DNA from: Candidatus Latescibacterota bacterium
GTDB lineage: Bacteria; Krumholzibacteriota; Krumholzibacteriia; WVZY01
Length of the DNA stretch: 64,000 bases
Reading direction: 5' to 3'
Assembly (NCBI GenBank): GCA_011772205.1
Contig: WVZY01000076.1
Coordinates: 5,092-69,091 of the forward strand
Positions within the stretch are counted from its first letter, which is position 1, and every line of letters begins with the position of its first letter. The notes under the pieces are model-generated. The model worked only from the letters and a program-made list of their open reading frames with translations, made no database searches and had not been told where the DNA came from. Both the position numbers and the translations under genes were made by a program. Positions 37,438 to 47,745 of the stretch are shown here, one piece after another.

Positions 37438-38439
37438 ATGAAAAAAGCATGCCGCATCGCTCTTCGCATGATGACCATATTCTTGGCTGCCTTTGCATTC
37501 TTCGTTGGGCTTGCGTTCTCCCGGGATAGAGGGAGCAAAGATGTTAGGGGCGAACTGATAATCTTCCATGCTGGAAGCCTGTCCGTCCCGTTTCGTGAAG
37601 TGTCGAAGAAATTCAACGAAATATACCCCGACGTCTCGATAAAAGCCGAAGCCGCGGGAAGCCGCGACACGGCAAGAAAAGTGAGCGACCTCGGCAGGTA
37701 CTGCGACGTGTTGGGCAGCGCTGATTATGAGGTGATCGATAACCTTCTCATTCCTCAGCATGCAACCTTCAGTATCCGCTTTGCCGCCAACGAAATGGTG
37801 ATCGCTTATACCAAGCAATCCAGACAATGCGCTTTGATCAATGCAGAAAACTGGCCGGATGTTTTGCTGTCCGAGAATGTGGCCTTTGGGCGATCCGATC
37901 CAAACCGCGATCCGTGCGGGTATCGAACGGAAATGACCTTCCAGCTGGCCGAGAAGCATTACGAGATGCCTGGGCTCGCAAATAGATTAATTGAAAAAGG
38001 CGGAAGGAAGTACATCCGCCCCAAAGAAACGGATCTACTTGCCCTGCTGGAGGCGGGCGAAATCGATTATCTCTTTATTTACCGGTCCGTGGCAACGCAG
38101 CATGGCCTCGAGTTTATTTTGCTGCCCGATGCGGTGAACCTCAAGTTGTTCGAGCAGAAGGATTTATATGCAACGGCATCCGTCAGGGTGACGGGCCGGC
38201 AGCCAGGTGAGTTCATCGAGCGCAAGGGAGCGCCGATGGTGTATGGAGTGACCATTCCAATAAATTGCAGGCACCGGGAATTGGCCGAAGCGTGGGTGGC
38301 GTTACTCCTTTCGCCCACGGGCCAGAAAATCATGGAACGAAGTGGGCAACCCGTCATTGCACCAGCTCTCACTGCTCAGTACGATGAGCTGCCTGACGTC
38401 CTCAAACCGCTTTGCAAGCCAATGGGGGAGGCTCGATAG
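37438..38439 (+). CDS. Tungstate/molybdate ABC transporter substrate-binding protein (WtpA/ModA-like), secreted
   Basis: Signal/TM N-terminus; family-II periplasmic binding fold with the WtpA-like segment IFHAGSLSVPF. Confidence 0.75.
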   Translation: MKKACRIALRMMTIFLAAFAFFVGLAFSRDRGSKDVRGELIIFHAGSLSVPFREVSKKFNEIYPDVSIKAEAAGSRDTARKVSDLGRYCDVLGSADYEVIDNLLIPQHATFSIRFAANEMVIAYTKQSRQCALINAENWPDVLLSENVAFGRSDPNRDPCGYRTEMTFQLAEKHYEMPGLANRLIEKGGRKYIRPKETDLLALLEAGEIDYLFIYRSVATQHGLEFILLPDAVNLKLFEQKDLYATASVRVTGRQPGEFIERKGAPMVYGVTIPINCRHRELAEAWVALLLSPTGQKIMERSGQPVIAPALTAQYDELPDVLKPLCKPMGEAR

Positions 38440-38525
38440 ATCTCGTTTATTTTCGCAAGGGGAGTGCGGCGGATGGCCCGCATCTTTGAATATCGGCTCG
38501 ACCTCAAAGATTGCAGGAGTGAGAT

Positions 38526-39323
38526 GTGTTTTTAGAAACCAGGCCAACGGTATTTCATCTGATATTGCTTCTGCTGGGTTCGCTGCTGCTCCTCTTCATC
38601 ATAGCACCGCTTGCGCGGCTCATGCTTGCTACGTCATCTTCCGAATTGTCCGGTGCATTCGGAGACGAAGAGCTCTGGTCATCGATCTGGCTGACGCTTC
38701 GGGCGGCCGGAATCGCCACGCTCATTGGCTCGATGTTCGGGATACCTCTGGCTTACCTGCTCGCACGGGCACGGTTTCCAGGCAGGGCCTTGGTGCTGGG
38801 CATTATCGATCTCCCGATCATGATTCCTCACTCCGCGGCGGGGATCGCATTGCTCGCTGTGATCGGACGCCATTCGCTTGCACAAAAAGTGTCAGGGCCT
38901 CTCGGAATTCAATTTGTCGGAGAGGAAGCGGGAATTGCGGTGGCAATGGCGTTCGTATCCGTGCCGTTTCTGGCGAACGCAGCGCGGGAAGGATTTGCAG
39001 CCGTGCCGGAACGTCTCGAGAAAGTGGCGAGGACACTCGGCGCCACTCCTTCACGGGTGTTTTTCACCATCTCGCTGCCGTTGGCGTGGCGGCCGATCCT
39101 ATCCGGAATGGTGCTGATGTGGGCGCGGGGCATTAGCGAGTTCGGCGCCGTGATCATTATCGCGTATCATCCGATGACCACGCCTGTTCTCGTGTTCCAG
39201 AGATTCAATGACTATGGGCTGACGTATGCACGCGTCGCTGCCGTGGTGCTCATACTCGTTTGTGTCGTGGGCTTCACGATACTGAGGTTTCTGACCCGAC
39301 CGGCACGGAGGGAAGCAAAATGA
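38526..39323 (+). CDS. Tungstate/molybdate ABC transporter permease (WtpB/ModB-like)
   Basis: Six predicted TM segments with the ABC permease EAA-like loop (AMAFVSVPFLANAAREGFAAVP). GTG start with an AGGAG RBS. Confidence 0.8.
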   Translation: MFLETRPTVFHLILLLLGSLLLLFIIAPLARLMLATSSSELSGAFGDEELWSSIWLTLRAAGIATLIGSMFGIPLAYLLARARFPGRALVLGIIDLPIMIPHSAAGIALLAVIGRHSLAQKVSGPLGIQFVGEEAGIAVAMAFVSVPFLANAAREGFAAVPERLEKVARTLGATPSRVFFTISLPLAWRPILSGMVLMWARGISEFGAVIIIAYHPMTTPVLVFQRFNDYGLTYARVAAVVLILVCVVGFTILRFLTRPARREAK

Positions 39324-40360
39324 CGCTCGTGCTGGAATCAATCCAAAAGCGGATGGGCTCTTTTACGCTTCCCAATCTGGATCTGGAGGTGAAGGAAGGC
39401 GAGTACCTCGTGCTGGTAGGCCCCTCCGGCGTCGGTAAAACCGTGCTGCTCGAGATCATTGCCGGCTTGTTGAATCCGGATTCAGGCAACATCTTCTGGC
39501 GCAATCGCAATGTCACGTCATGTGCGCCTGAGCGCCGCGGTTTCGGGATCATGTACCAAGACTACGCGCTGTTCCCTCATTTGACCGTTTTTCAAAACAT
39601 AGTGTATGGACTGAACTCGAGAGGGTTACCCAGAATCGATGTGAAGGAACGGGCGATCAGCGCCGCCGAAATGGTCAACATTGTCCCATTTCTGGAGCGC
39701 CTTCCGGATGAGCTGTCGGGTGGCGAAAAGCAGCGTGTAGCTCTAGCACGGGCACTCGTTGTTGCACCCGAACTCCTGCTGTTGGATGAGCCGCTTTCAG
39801 CGGTGGACATGCATCTCAGGCGGCGGCTGCAGAGGGAGCTAAAACGAATTCAAGAGCAAACAGGCACCACTTTCGTTCATGTAACGCACAATGTGGACGA
39901 AGCCCTAACGCTGGGTCATCGCATCGGTGTCATGCTCGATGGCCACCTGCGCCAAATCGGGCCGCCGGAGGAAATTTTTCGCAAACCGACGGATAGAGAA
40001 GTTGCCAGATTTCTCGGTATGCGCAATATCTTTGCAGTCCGAGTAGGTGGGCAAGGGTTCTGCGAAGCCAATGGAGTGAAGATTCATGTCGGAGAGCGGC
40101 CCGTTCCCTACCGGCACATATGGATCAGGCCGGAGGAGATCATCCTCTCCCGGGAGGCGTTCGAATCGAGCGCCAGGAACCAATTTCGTTGCGTTGTAGA
40201 AGATTGGGATTATCAGGACATACTCGTCAGGGTGGTGGTGGCGTTGGAAAACCTTAGGCTGAGTGTGATGATTACTTACAAGTCATTCGATAAACTTGGG
40301 ATCGACCGCGGCGTTGAGCTCATGGCAACGTTCAAGAGTTCGGCGGTGCATTGTTTTTAA
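39320..40360 (+). CDS. Tungstate/molybdate ABC transporter ATP-binding protein (WtpC/ModC-like) with C-terminal TOBE-like domain
   Basis: Walker A GPSGVGKT, signature LSGGEKQRVALARAL, Walker B LLLDEP. ATGA overlap with the permease. Confidence 0.85.
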   Translation: MTLVLESIQKRMGSFTLPNLDLEVKEGEYLVLVGPSGVGKTVLLEIIAGLLNPDSGNIFWRNRNVTSCAPERRGFGIMYQDYALFPHLTVFQNIVYGLNSRGLPRIDVKERAISAAEMVNIVPFLERLPDELSGGEKQRVALARALVVAPELLLLDEPLSAVDMHLRRRLQRELKRIQEQTGTTFVHVTHNVDEALTLGHRIGVMLDGHLRQIGPPEEIFRKPTDREVARFLGMRNIFAVRVGGQGFCEANGVKIHVGERPVPYRHIWIRPEEIILSREAFESSARNQFRCVVEDWDYQDILVRVVVALENLRLSVMITYKSFDKLGIDRGVELMATFKSSAVHCF

Positions 40361-40384
40361 TGTCTTTGTTGAAGGAAGGGCGTC

Positions 40385-41182
40385 ATGGGATCGGACACAC
40401 CACTGGGTACCTCGGTGGAATATGAAGTTATCAAGTATAAAAGTGGAAGCGCGGAGCCTGCTAAGGTGCAGGTGGCTACGGAAGTCCCTTTTACGATAAT
40501 GGTTAACGAGACGGAAGTCGTGACGTTGATGTGCACGCCGGAGAATTTGGAGGAGTTGTGCTATGGGTTTCTTTTTACGAGCGGCATTATAGAGAGCAGG
40601 GATGATGTCGTCTCTTATCTCTGCGATGAATCGAGGTGGATGGCACAAGTAACCATAGAAGAGATGCCCGATCTCTCCATGCTCAGCAAGCGCCTGTACA
40701 CATCGGGTTGTGGGAAAGGTGTGATGTATTCTTCCTTGGTGGAAATCACGTCACGCCATCCGTTGAAAACTGCTTTCAAGGTCGACAAGGATGCTCTCAT
40801 CGAGCTGATGCGATGGCTGCAGAAGTCCTCGGACTTGTTCAAGAAAAGCGGGGGCGTTCACTCGGCCGCGCTGAGCGAAAACGGGAAAACTCCAAAAATT
40901 GCCATAGACGACGTCGGGCGGCACAATGCGGTGGATAAGGCGATCGGCGATGGGTTGATCCGTGGCGTCGATTTTTCCCAGTGCGTGCTCGTATGTTCCG
41001 GACGAACATCGGCGGATATGCTTCACAAGGCGAGGAGGAGCGGTATTCCTGTTACGATTTCCCGTGGAGCCCCTACGCATCAAACGATCCTTCTGGCAAG
41101 GGAAATGGGTGTGACGGTAGTAGGATTTGCGCGGGGCGGGGGATTCACCATTTATACGCACCCGGGGCGGATCGTATTCTGA
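40385..41182 (+). CDS. fdhD: Formate dehydrogenase accessory sulfurtransferase FdhD
   Basis: FdhD signature GRHNAVDK and the conserved Cys loop region SGCGKG. Confidence 0.8.
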   Translation: MGSDTPLGTSVEYEVIKYKSGSAEPAKVQVATEVPFTIMVNETEVVTLMCTPENLEELCYGFLFTSGIIESRDDVVSYLCDESRWMAQVTIEEMPDLSMLSKRLYTSGCGKGVMYSSLVEITSRHPLKTAFKVDKDALIELMRWLQKSSDLFKKSGGVHSAALSENGKTPKIAIDDVGRHNAVDKAIGDGLIRGVDFSQCVLVCSGRTSADMLHKARRSGIPVTISRGAPTHQTILLAREMGVTVVGFARGGGFTIYTHPGRIVF

Positions 41183-41293
41183 TCCGTTATTGTACTATTG
41201 AACCGGCGGTTTTATGCGGTTATTATTAGCTTTGACCCTTCATTCTTCCCCACGCGCTCTTTTTTAAATGACGGATCGAGCTCAAAAGTGGTT

Positions 41294-41971
41294 ATGGGAC
41301 GAGGAGGTCGCAATTTGCCAAGGATGAGTCAAACGAGCTTGATGGGCGCTGCCATGGTCTTGGTCGTGCTTGTGCTCGTATTTCCTCAAGTGGTGTCTGC
41401 GGATTCATTCCTATCCAGGATACGGCCTTTCGTAGAAACGGGCGCCCAGGGTGGAGGCGCAATCGGTGTGGAAGGTCCGACGTTCTCTCATTTCAAAGCC
41501 GTCAGCGAAATCGGTGTCATGTTCGACAAATACCGGGATGGGGTAGCCCCGAAAAGCGCTTTCGGTTTCGCATTTTACGCAGGAATGGGCAAAGAGGATT
41601 TTCGTATCGGCTTCAAACCCCGCGTTCGGTATCGATTCAACCGTGACTGGGCGGTGGATGTCTCGGCAGGTGCCTTGTTCGCGAGCTTGGAGGGGGATCC
41701 CTACGTCTCCGACATTGGATTCGTTGGTGGTGTTTCGCTGAACTACAGCAGCTGGCTGACATTGAAAACCGATGTCAATGTAGTAAAAGTTGAAGATAGA
41801 CCTATGCTCGAAGGCGGCAAACAAGTTGGCATTGTCGACGGCGGTCAGGAAATATCACTCTATGGCGGCGTTTCCTTGCGCAACAAGGCCGGCTGGATTG
41901 CTACTTTCGCCGGCACATTGACTTTTATCGGGGTCTCTATCGTGCTCATCGCGGGTGGATCCACGTCTTGA
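41294..41971 (+). CDS. Hypothetical secreted/outer-membrane beta-strand-rich protein; start uncertain
   Basis: Signal-like MSQTSLMGAAMVLVVLVLVFPQVVSA. Gly/aromatic-rich alternating pattern. No recognisable domain. Confidence 0.45.
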   Translation: MGRGGRNLPRMSQTSLMGAAMVLVVLVLVFPQVVSADSFLSRIRPFVETGAQGGGAIGVEGPTFSHFKAVSEIGVMFDKYRDGVAPKSAFGFAFYAGMGKEDFRIGFKPRVRYRFNRDWAVDVSAGALFASLEGDPYVSDIGFVGGVSLNYSSWLTLKTDVNVVKVEDRPMLEGGKQVGIVDGGQEISLYGGVSLRNKAGWIATFAGTLTFIGVSIVLIAGGSTS

Positions 41972-42040
41972 AACCTCCTCTCCCAATTCGAGAATAATTG
42001 AGAGTTGATCAAGAAATCGGAACGTTCCCCGAGGTAACGT

Positions 42041-43144
42041 GTGAGAAAGATCAATGTGAGCAATGAAAGCGTTGCGGCTGTGCTCAAAGGGCTCGGACGG
42101 CTCATTGGTAACTGCCCGCTTCTCGCGATTAATTTCACGTTTGAAGGTGAAAAGCGAACGATTTTCGCCAAGTCCGAGCAGTTGAACATGACGGGAAGCA
42201 TCAAGGATCGGATGGCGCTCCACATTTTGGAAGATGCCTACGAAAAGGAGCTTATAAAACCGGGCGATACCATTGTAGAGGCAACCAGTGGCAACACGGG
42301 GATTTCTTTTGCCGCTATCGGTCGGGCGCTTGGCCACCCCGTGACTATTTTCATGCCCGATTGGATGAGCAGGGAAAGGGTGGACCTAATTCAGAGTCTG
42401 GGCGCCGCGATCGTACCCGTGACACGTGAAAATGGCGGTTTTCTTGGCAGCATCCGGATGGCGGAGAAGCTGGCAGCAAAGGGAAAAAACATTTTCTTGC
42501 CAAGCCAGTTCTCGAACGAGGCGAACATAAGAGCGCACGAGCTGACGACCGGCCCGGAAATCTGGTGGCAGCTTCAGTTCAGTTCTCTCACTCCCGACGC
42601 CTTCGTGGCCGGAGTGGGGACGGGTGGGACAGTTATGGGCGTGGGACGCTACCTTCGATCGAGGAATCCGAGCGCGAAAATACACCCACTCGAACCGGCG
42701 GAATCTCCCACACTATCCACTGGGCGCAAGATCGGCCAACACAGGATTCAAGGTATTTCGGACGAATTTATCCCTGCCATAGTGGATCTCGAAGAGTTGG
42801 ACGAGGTAGTGAGTGTTTCTGACGGCGATTCGATTTTGATGGCCAAGGAGCTCGCTTCGAAGCTCGGAATCGGCGTGGGAATTTCATCAGGAGCGAATTT
42901 CCTCGGCGCGCTGAAAATTCAAAATGAACTCGGGCCGAAAGCGATCGTCGTCACGGTATTTCCGGACGACAATAAAAAATATCTCAGCACGAATCTTCTC
43001 CAAGGGGAACCGGCAAAGGATGATTACCTGACGCCGCACGTAGAACTGCTCGATTTCCGCGCCTGCAAACGAGTGTGTCACACCTGCTGCGACATGTACG
43101 AATGCACGCAGCGCTTTCCCGTCGAGAAGTTCGAAGAAAGCTGA
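42041..43144 (+). CDS. PLP-dependent cysteine synthase family protein (CysK/CysM/CBS-like) with a ~45 aa Cys-rich C-terminal tail
   Basis: PLP lysine motif [16 protein letters not shown] loop, GTGGT. C-terminal ...[17 protein letters not shown] start. Confidence 0.8.
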   Translation: MRKINVSNESVAAVLKGLGRLIGNCPLLAINFTFEGEKRTIFAKSEQLNMTGSIKDRMALHILEDAYEKELIKPGDTIVEATSGNTGISFAAIGRALGHPVTIFMPDWMSRERVDLIQSLGAAIVPVTRENGGFLGSIRMAEKLAAKGKNIFLPSQFSNEANIRAHELTTGPEIWWQLQFSSLTPDAFVAGVGTGGTVMGVGRYLRSRNPSAKIHPLEPAESPTLSTGRKIGQHRIQGISDEFIPAIVDLEELDEVVSVSDGDSILMAKELASKLGIGVGISSGANFLGALKIQNELGPKAIVVTVFPDDNKKYLSTNLLQGEPAKDDYLTPHVELLDFRACKRVCHTCCDMYECTQRFPVEKFEES

Positions 43145-43227
43145 TGTCGGCAATCCAATCACTTGATACGCACCTACCTTCGCTCCCCGGGCGAATTCCT
43201 CTAGTCATCATTTCATGAGGATTGGAA

Positions 43228-43563
43228 GTGAGTGAAAGCAACACGAAATCTCTTTTCCATGATCGACCTGTCGTCATAGGGTTTCTTGCCCTTATTCCTC
43301 CATCTTTTATACTATTGCTGCATCTCCTGTGGTGGGCCGTGAGTCCCAAGCTCTTCGACATCCTCACCAAGCCGCTAAGGCCCATCGAAGATACGTTCCT
43401 CGAAGTGGTGATCGTCGTGGGCAGCGCCCTCGTCTGTCCTCTTCTGGCTGTGATATGCGGGGCCGTTCTGATCAGCAAAGGACGCAACCGATCGGTGGGC
43501 TATCTTCTCGTCCTCGGTGGGTGTTTCTTCATTCTGGCGCTCATGGCTTCGCGCCCGTCGTGA
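43228..43563 (+). CDS. Small hypothetical integral membrane protein
   Basis: Three predicted TM helices. GTG with a GAGGA RBS; TTG 43222 is an alternative start. Confidence 0.45.
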   Translation: MSESNTKSLFHDRPVVIGFLALIPPSFILLLHLLWWAVSPKLFDILTKPLRPIEDTFLEVVIVVGSALVCPLLAVICGAVLISKGRNRSVGYLLVLGGCFFILALMASRPS

Positions 43564-43830
43564 GCCGTCAGGAGCGCATGTGCCAGTAAGTCTTGGTGCA
43601 GCAAAAATAATAGCGAGGCAGCCTTGATTGCCCCGGGGCCGTTTCCGAGAACCTGATAAAAGCCCACTCCGGACACGCCGGCGGGAGCATCCAATTGAAA
43701 AGATCGCGATACTCACACGGTGCGATCCTTGGGCGCTGGGATACTGGTCGCGGAAGTCTATATTCGGTAGCAATTCTTTGAATGGCGGACCCTGGATTTT
43801 TTGTTATAATGCACAGCAGGAGGAAATGTC

Positions 43831-44289
43831 ATGTCCAGGATTGGTATCGGTCTGCTGCTCATGGTCGTGATGTTGGGAACCGCGAATGTCGCTCGATCCC
43901 AAAATTCAACAGGGGTGGTAGTCGAGCTGGGTGTCGGCGAGTCCAAGCTAGTCGGGGAAGAAGATCTCGAAGTGGGTTTCGTCGAGATCCTGCGCGATAA
44001 CCGCTGTCCCGCTGATGTCATTTGTATTTGGGAGGGGGACGCAGTTGCACAGATTTGGGCGATCCAACCCAGCCATGAAAAGAAGGACGCTGAGCTGCAT
44101 ACGCATTACGACTTCCCGCGCGAATTCACGTTTGGACGCTACCGAATCGGGCTTCTCAAGGTAGATCGATATCCTGGAATCGACACGCCGATCGACCCGA
44201 ACGATTACGTGGTTGCCATCCTTGTTACAATGGATTTGACGCCCGTCGAAACCATGACCTGGAGCAGGATCAAAGCGCTTTACCGTTAA
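43831..44289 (+). CDS. Hypothetical secreted protein
   Basis: AGGAGG RBS and signal peptide MSRIGIGLLLMVVMLGTANVARS. No recognisable domain. Confidence 0.55.
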   Translation: MSRIGIGLLLMVVMLGTANVARSQNSTGVVVELGVGESKLVGEEDLEVGFVEILRDNRCPADVICIWEGDAVAQIWAIQPSHEKKDAELHTHYDFPREFTFGRYRIGLLKVDRYPGIDTPIDPNDYVVAILVTMDLTPVETMTWSRIKALYR

Positions 44290-44360
44290 ATTGTAGAGGA
44301 ATCTGCTCCAAGGCCGCATCAGAGCCGCATCGAAGCCGTCTTTGTAGTTGGATTTTCGAA

Positions 44361-44390
44361 CAGGGAGCGACTTCGCTCCCTGTTTGTGTG
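44361..44390 (+). terminator. Rho-independent terminator (CAGGGAGCG-ACTT-CGCTCCCTG followed by TTTGTGTG)
   Basis: Perfect 9-bp stem, 4-nt loop and a T-rich tail 70 nt after the stop at 44289. Confidence 0.7.
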
Positions 44391-44552
44391 CTGATCACCG
44401 GACAGATGAAATGGTGCGGCTTCATGAAGTGCCGTGAAACGGAGCTATCTTGGAGCAGGCTAATCCACCCTCGACCATCTTAAACGTCTGTTACAGTCTT
44501 GTTGCGGACCGGCGGCAAATCGTCTAAAATGACCGGAAGATTTTTCGCGAGT

Positions 44553-45389
44553 ATGAAACAACCTATGACATGTACGCTCAAGCAGATCCCTCTTTTTGCA
44601 TTGGCAATCATTGCGGTTGCCGCACTCGGCCTTTTCTCAGCTTCTTGTTCTGATAACGGGTCCAAACCCAAATCCAACAATGGCGGTGTTATTCATGGCG
44701 TGCCAACGGTCCTCAGGATGATCCCACATGATACAAATGCTTACACCCAGGGGCTTCTTTATGCGGACTCGCTTCTCTATGAGAGCACGGGCAAGCAGAT
44801 GAATCAGTCGAGACTTCGCAGAATCGATCCCTACCCGCCTGAGGAAGGAAAGGTTCTCGACACGGTCATCGCCCCCGGCTATCTCACCTTCGCCGAGGGG
44901 CTGGCGCTAAAAGACAGCCAGTTCGTGCAGCTTACATGGGTGCAGAAAATAGCGTTCGTCTACACGTATCCTGGGATGGAAGTAATAGATACCCTCACCT
45001 ATGGCGGCCAGGGCTGGGGCCTTACCAACGATGCCACGCGCTTTATTATGAGCAATGGCAGCGACACGTTGTATTTCCGGGACGATAGCTTCGATATCAT
45101 TCGAAAGGTGAACGTCACCCTGGAGGGTGAAGCGGTTTCTATGCTGAACGAACTGGAGTACGTGAACGGCAAGGTGTGGGCAAACAAATATGGCGATGAT
45201 TCGATCTACGAAATAAATCCTCAAACGGGAGACGTGACCAAAGTCATCGACTGCTCCGAACTGGTTGCACTCTCGGCGCCTCATGCGGGCGATGAAGTGC
45301 TGAACGGCATCGCATACAACTCCGACGCGACCACGTATTTTCTTACGGGGAAAAACTGGAGATATATATTCGAGGTGACGATCCCTTAG
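44553..45389 (+). CDS. Glutaminyl-peptide cyclotransferase (bacterial/plant beta-propeller type), lipoprotein
   Basis: Lipobox LFSASCS. Family motifs (...YTQGLLY..., FAEGLAL, NELEYVNGKVWAN, LNGIAY...TYFLTGKNW). Confidence 0.75.
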   Translation: MKQPMTCTLKQIPLFALAIIAVAALGLFSASCSDNGSKPKSNNGGVIHGVPTVLRMIPHDTNAYTQGLLYADSLLYESTGKQMNQSRLRRIDPYPPEEGKVLDTVIAPGYLTFAEGLALKDSQFVQLTWVQKIAFVYTYPGMEVIDTLTYGGQGWGLTNDATRFIMSNGSDTLYFRDDSFDIIRKVNVTLEGEAVSMLNELEYVNGKVWANKYGDDSIYEINPQTGDVTKVIDCSELVALSAPHAGDEVLNGIAYNSDATTYFLTGKNWRYIFEVTIP

Positions 45390-45406
45390 AGCAGCTTTAC
45401 CGCTCC

Positions 45407-46492
45407 TCAACAATCTTTGCCAGATTCTGCATCCTTTTCCAGATGCAAGCGGATTTCCTTCTCCAGCTCGTCGACGAGATCCTTCTCGCGCACCTTGCGC
45501 AGGATCTTTCCTTTGGCAAAAATGAGCCCCTCACCGTCACCGCCTGCGATGCCGAAGTCCGCCTCCCGAGCCTCTCCCGGACCGTTTACCGCGCAGCCCA
45601 TCACGGCGATGCTGATGGGGATTTTGAGATCGGAGGTTCGCCGCTCTACCTCTTCGGCGAGCGAGAAGAGGTCCAAGCAATTCCTGGCGCACGTGGGGCA
45701 CGAGATCACTCGAGGCATCGACGATTGGATCTCGAGCGCGGCGAGAATCCGCTTGGCGACCTTTACTTCTTCTTCAACATTGGCGGTGAGCGAAACGCGC
45801 ATCGTATCACCGATCCCTTCGCTCAACAGGATACCCAATCCGACTGAAGAGTAGATAACGCCGCTTTGTTCCGGACCTGCCTCGGAAATGCCGATGTGGA
45901 GCGGATAGTCGCACGCCTTTACGACCAATCGATAAGCGCTGACGGTGAGCGGGACTGCAGAAGATTTGAGAGAAAGAACGATATCCGTGAAATCGAGCGC
46001 TTCCAGTATCGCGACGTGCCGCATGGCGCTCTCGACAAGAGCTTCAGGTGTGGGGAATCCGTGCTTTTCGAGGAGATCCTTCTCGAGTGATCCAGCGTTG
46101 ACGCCGATCCGGATGGGGACATTGCGCTCTTTCGCTTTTGCAACGACCTTTTCGACGCGTTCGCGGGCGCCTATGTTGCCGGGATTGATCCGGAGTTTGG
46201 CAATTCCCGTATCGAGCGCTGCCAGTGCGATCCGGTAGTCGAAGTGAATGTCGGCGACGATCGGGATGTTTGCCTGGGAAATGATTTTTTCGACAGCACG
46301 GGCGCTGTCCATATCGGGGACGCTCACGCGGACGATGTCGCACCCGACATCCTCCAGCCGCTTGATTTCATCGCGCGTCGCGGAAATGTTCGTCGTGGGC
46401 GTGGTCGTCATCGACTGGATGGAGATCGGCGCGCAGCCCCCGATGGGGACGTTTCCGACCATGACTCGTCTTCGTTTCGATCGGTCGATCAT
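45407..46492 (-). CDS. ispG: 4-hydroxy-3-methylbut-2-enyl diphosphate synthase IspG (GcpE), MEP pathway
   Basis: Single-module IspG. VPIGGCAPISIQSMT ... and C-terminal [4Fe-4S] Cys CPTCAR ... GCAVNGPGE. Confidence 0.85.
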   Translation of the reverse strand: MIDRSKRRRVMVGNVPIGGCAPISIQSMTTTPTTNISATRDEIKRLEDVGCDIVRVSVPDMDSARAVEKIISQANIPIVADIHFDYRIALAALDTGIAKLRINPGNIGARERVEKVVAKAKERNVPIRIGVNAGSLEKDLLEKHGFPTPEALVESAMRHVAILEALDFTDIVLSLKSSAVPLTVSAYRLVVKACDYPLHIGISEAGPEQSGVIYSSVGLGILLSEGIGDTMRVSLTANVEEEVKVAKRILAALEIQSSMPRVISCPTCARNCLDLFSLAEEVERRTSDLKIPISIAVMGCAVNGPGEAREADFGIAGGDGEGLIFAKGKILRKVREKDLVDELEKEIRLHLEKDAESGKDC

Positions 46493-46631
46493 AGGACTAT
46501 CGGTCTTGTTGTGCGGTGGTCGATGCGACGAGAACTCCTCGCATGATCCATAACATACTAACATACAAATAGCTTACGCGCAATCGAACCCGGCATCAGA
46601 ATTGGCCCACTGGTATTGACACCATCCGGCG

Positions 46632-47465
46632 TCATCCAAGGCGCCTCCGGATATCGAGCAGATACTCGAGCGCTGCAAGTGTCCGCGACCCAAACCATGT
46701 CAGATGACTACCCATTAATAGCAGTATCATAGCGGAAACGCCCCGCTCGTTGACAAAATCCTCCACGAAGCTTTTGTCGCCTTCATCGAATTCGTAGGGT
46801 TCATTGGGCAAGAGGATCACATCCGGACGACGCTCGGCGAGCTCCTCGAGCGAAGTCACCGGGTAACGATCCTTCCTGCTGCCGTACACGTTCTCAAACC
46901 CGAGGGCTTTCAATAAATCGCTCGCGTATGTATTCGGCCCCACAGCCATCCAGGGATCCCGCCAGATCATGCATGCGGTCCGAAGCGGCTTCGAAACGGT
47001 CACATCCTGCGCAATCGAGCGCATCATCCCCTCGCATTCCTCTGTGAATTTCGCCGCCTCATCCTCGGCGTTGAGGAGCGTCCCGAGATCCCGCACGGTC
47101 TTCAATGACTCTCGAACTGTCGTGGGATAGGTCACAAATACGGGAACCTGTTTCTCCAGCGCCTCCACGTCTCTCTTCCGGTTTTCTTCCTTATTGGCGA
47201 GCACGACGTCCGGCTCGAGTGAGAGGATATCCGGAACGTCCGGATTCTTCGTGCCTCCGACGCGCGGGATGTCTGCGAGGGCATCTTCGGGATGCACGCA
47301 ATAATCCGTGATCCCAACGAGCCGCTGGTCGGCGCCGAGAAGCACCACCGTCTCGGTAATGCTGGGCACGAGCGAAACAATTCGCCCGGGTGGCGACTGA
47401 AAGACATGCCTCCGTCGGAGATCGTCCTCGATCACGATTCTGTTTGGGTGGCCCGACATGAGCAT
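46632..47465 (-). CDS. Periplasmic-binding-protein fold II (BtuF/TroA-like, Peripla_BP_2) protein without an evident signal peptide
   Basis: IVSLVPSITETVVLLGADQRLVGITDYC...PDVVL... is BtuF-like, but the N-terminus is not hydrophobic. Start uncertain (47465 or upstream). Confidence 0.55.
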   Translation of the reverse strand: MLMSGHPNRIVIEDDLRRRHVFQSPPGRIVSLVPSITETVVLLGADQRLVGITDYCVHPEDALADIPRVGGTKNPDVPDILSLEPDVVLANKEENRKRDVEALEKQVPVFVTYPTTVRESLKTVRDLGTLLNAEDEAAKFTEECEGMMRSIAQDVTVSKPLRTACMIWRDPWMAVGPNTYASDLLKALGFENVYGSRKDRYPVTSLEELAERRPDVILLPNEPYEFDEGDKSFVEDFVNERGVSAMILLLMGSHLTWFGSRTLAALEYLLDIRRRLG

Positions 47466-47554
47466 CCTCGGACGGTGCGGCCAGCCCGGGCACCGCATAT
47501 CTACGGTGAAGAATAGCACCTTACGACTTTTGGTTTTCAGCTTCTGAAGCCTTC

Positions 47555-47586
47555 GCTATGTTATATATGGCTATGTTATATATAAT
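47555..47586 (+). promoter_or_regulatory. Tandem direct repeat GCTATGTTATATAT x2 ending in TATAAT; candidate uvrC promoter / operator region
   Basis: Direct repeat at 47555-47568 and 47569-47586. A 10-bp palindrome CCCCTAGGGG sits nearby at ~47708-47717. Confidence 0.25.
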
Positions 47587-47745
47587 AGAAGGAGCGCCGT
47601 GTGTAACGAGCGAATTACGCTATGCAACGCCGGCTCTCGGTAGCGAGGTGCGGCGGGCGATTGGAGCAGGCGCCGTCCCATCGCAGCTCGATACCCCCTT
47701 ACTCGATCTCCCCCTAGGGGATCTACCGAATCTATGTGAACCAAA

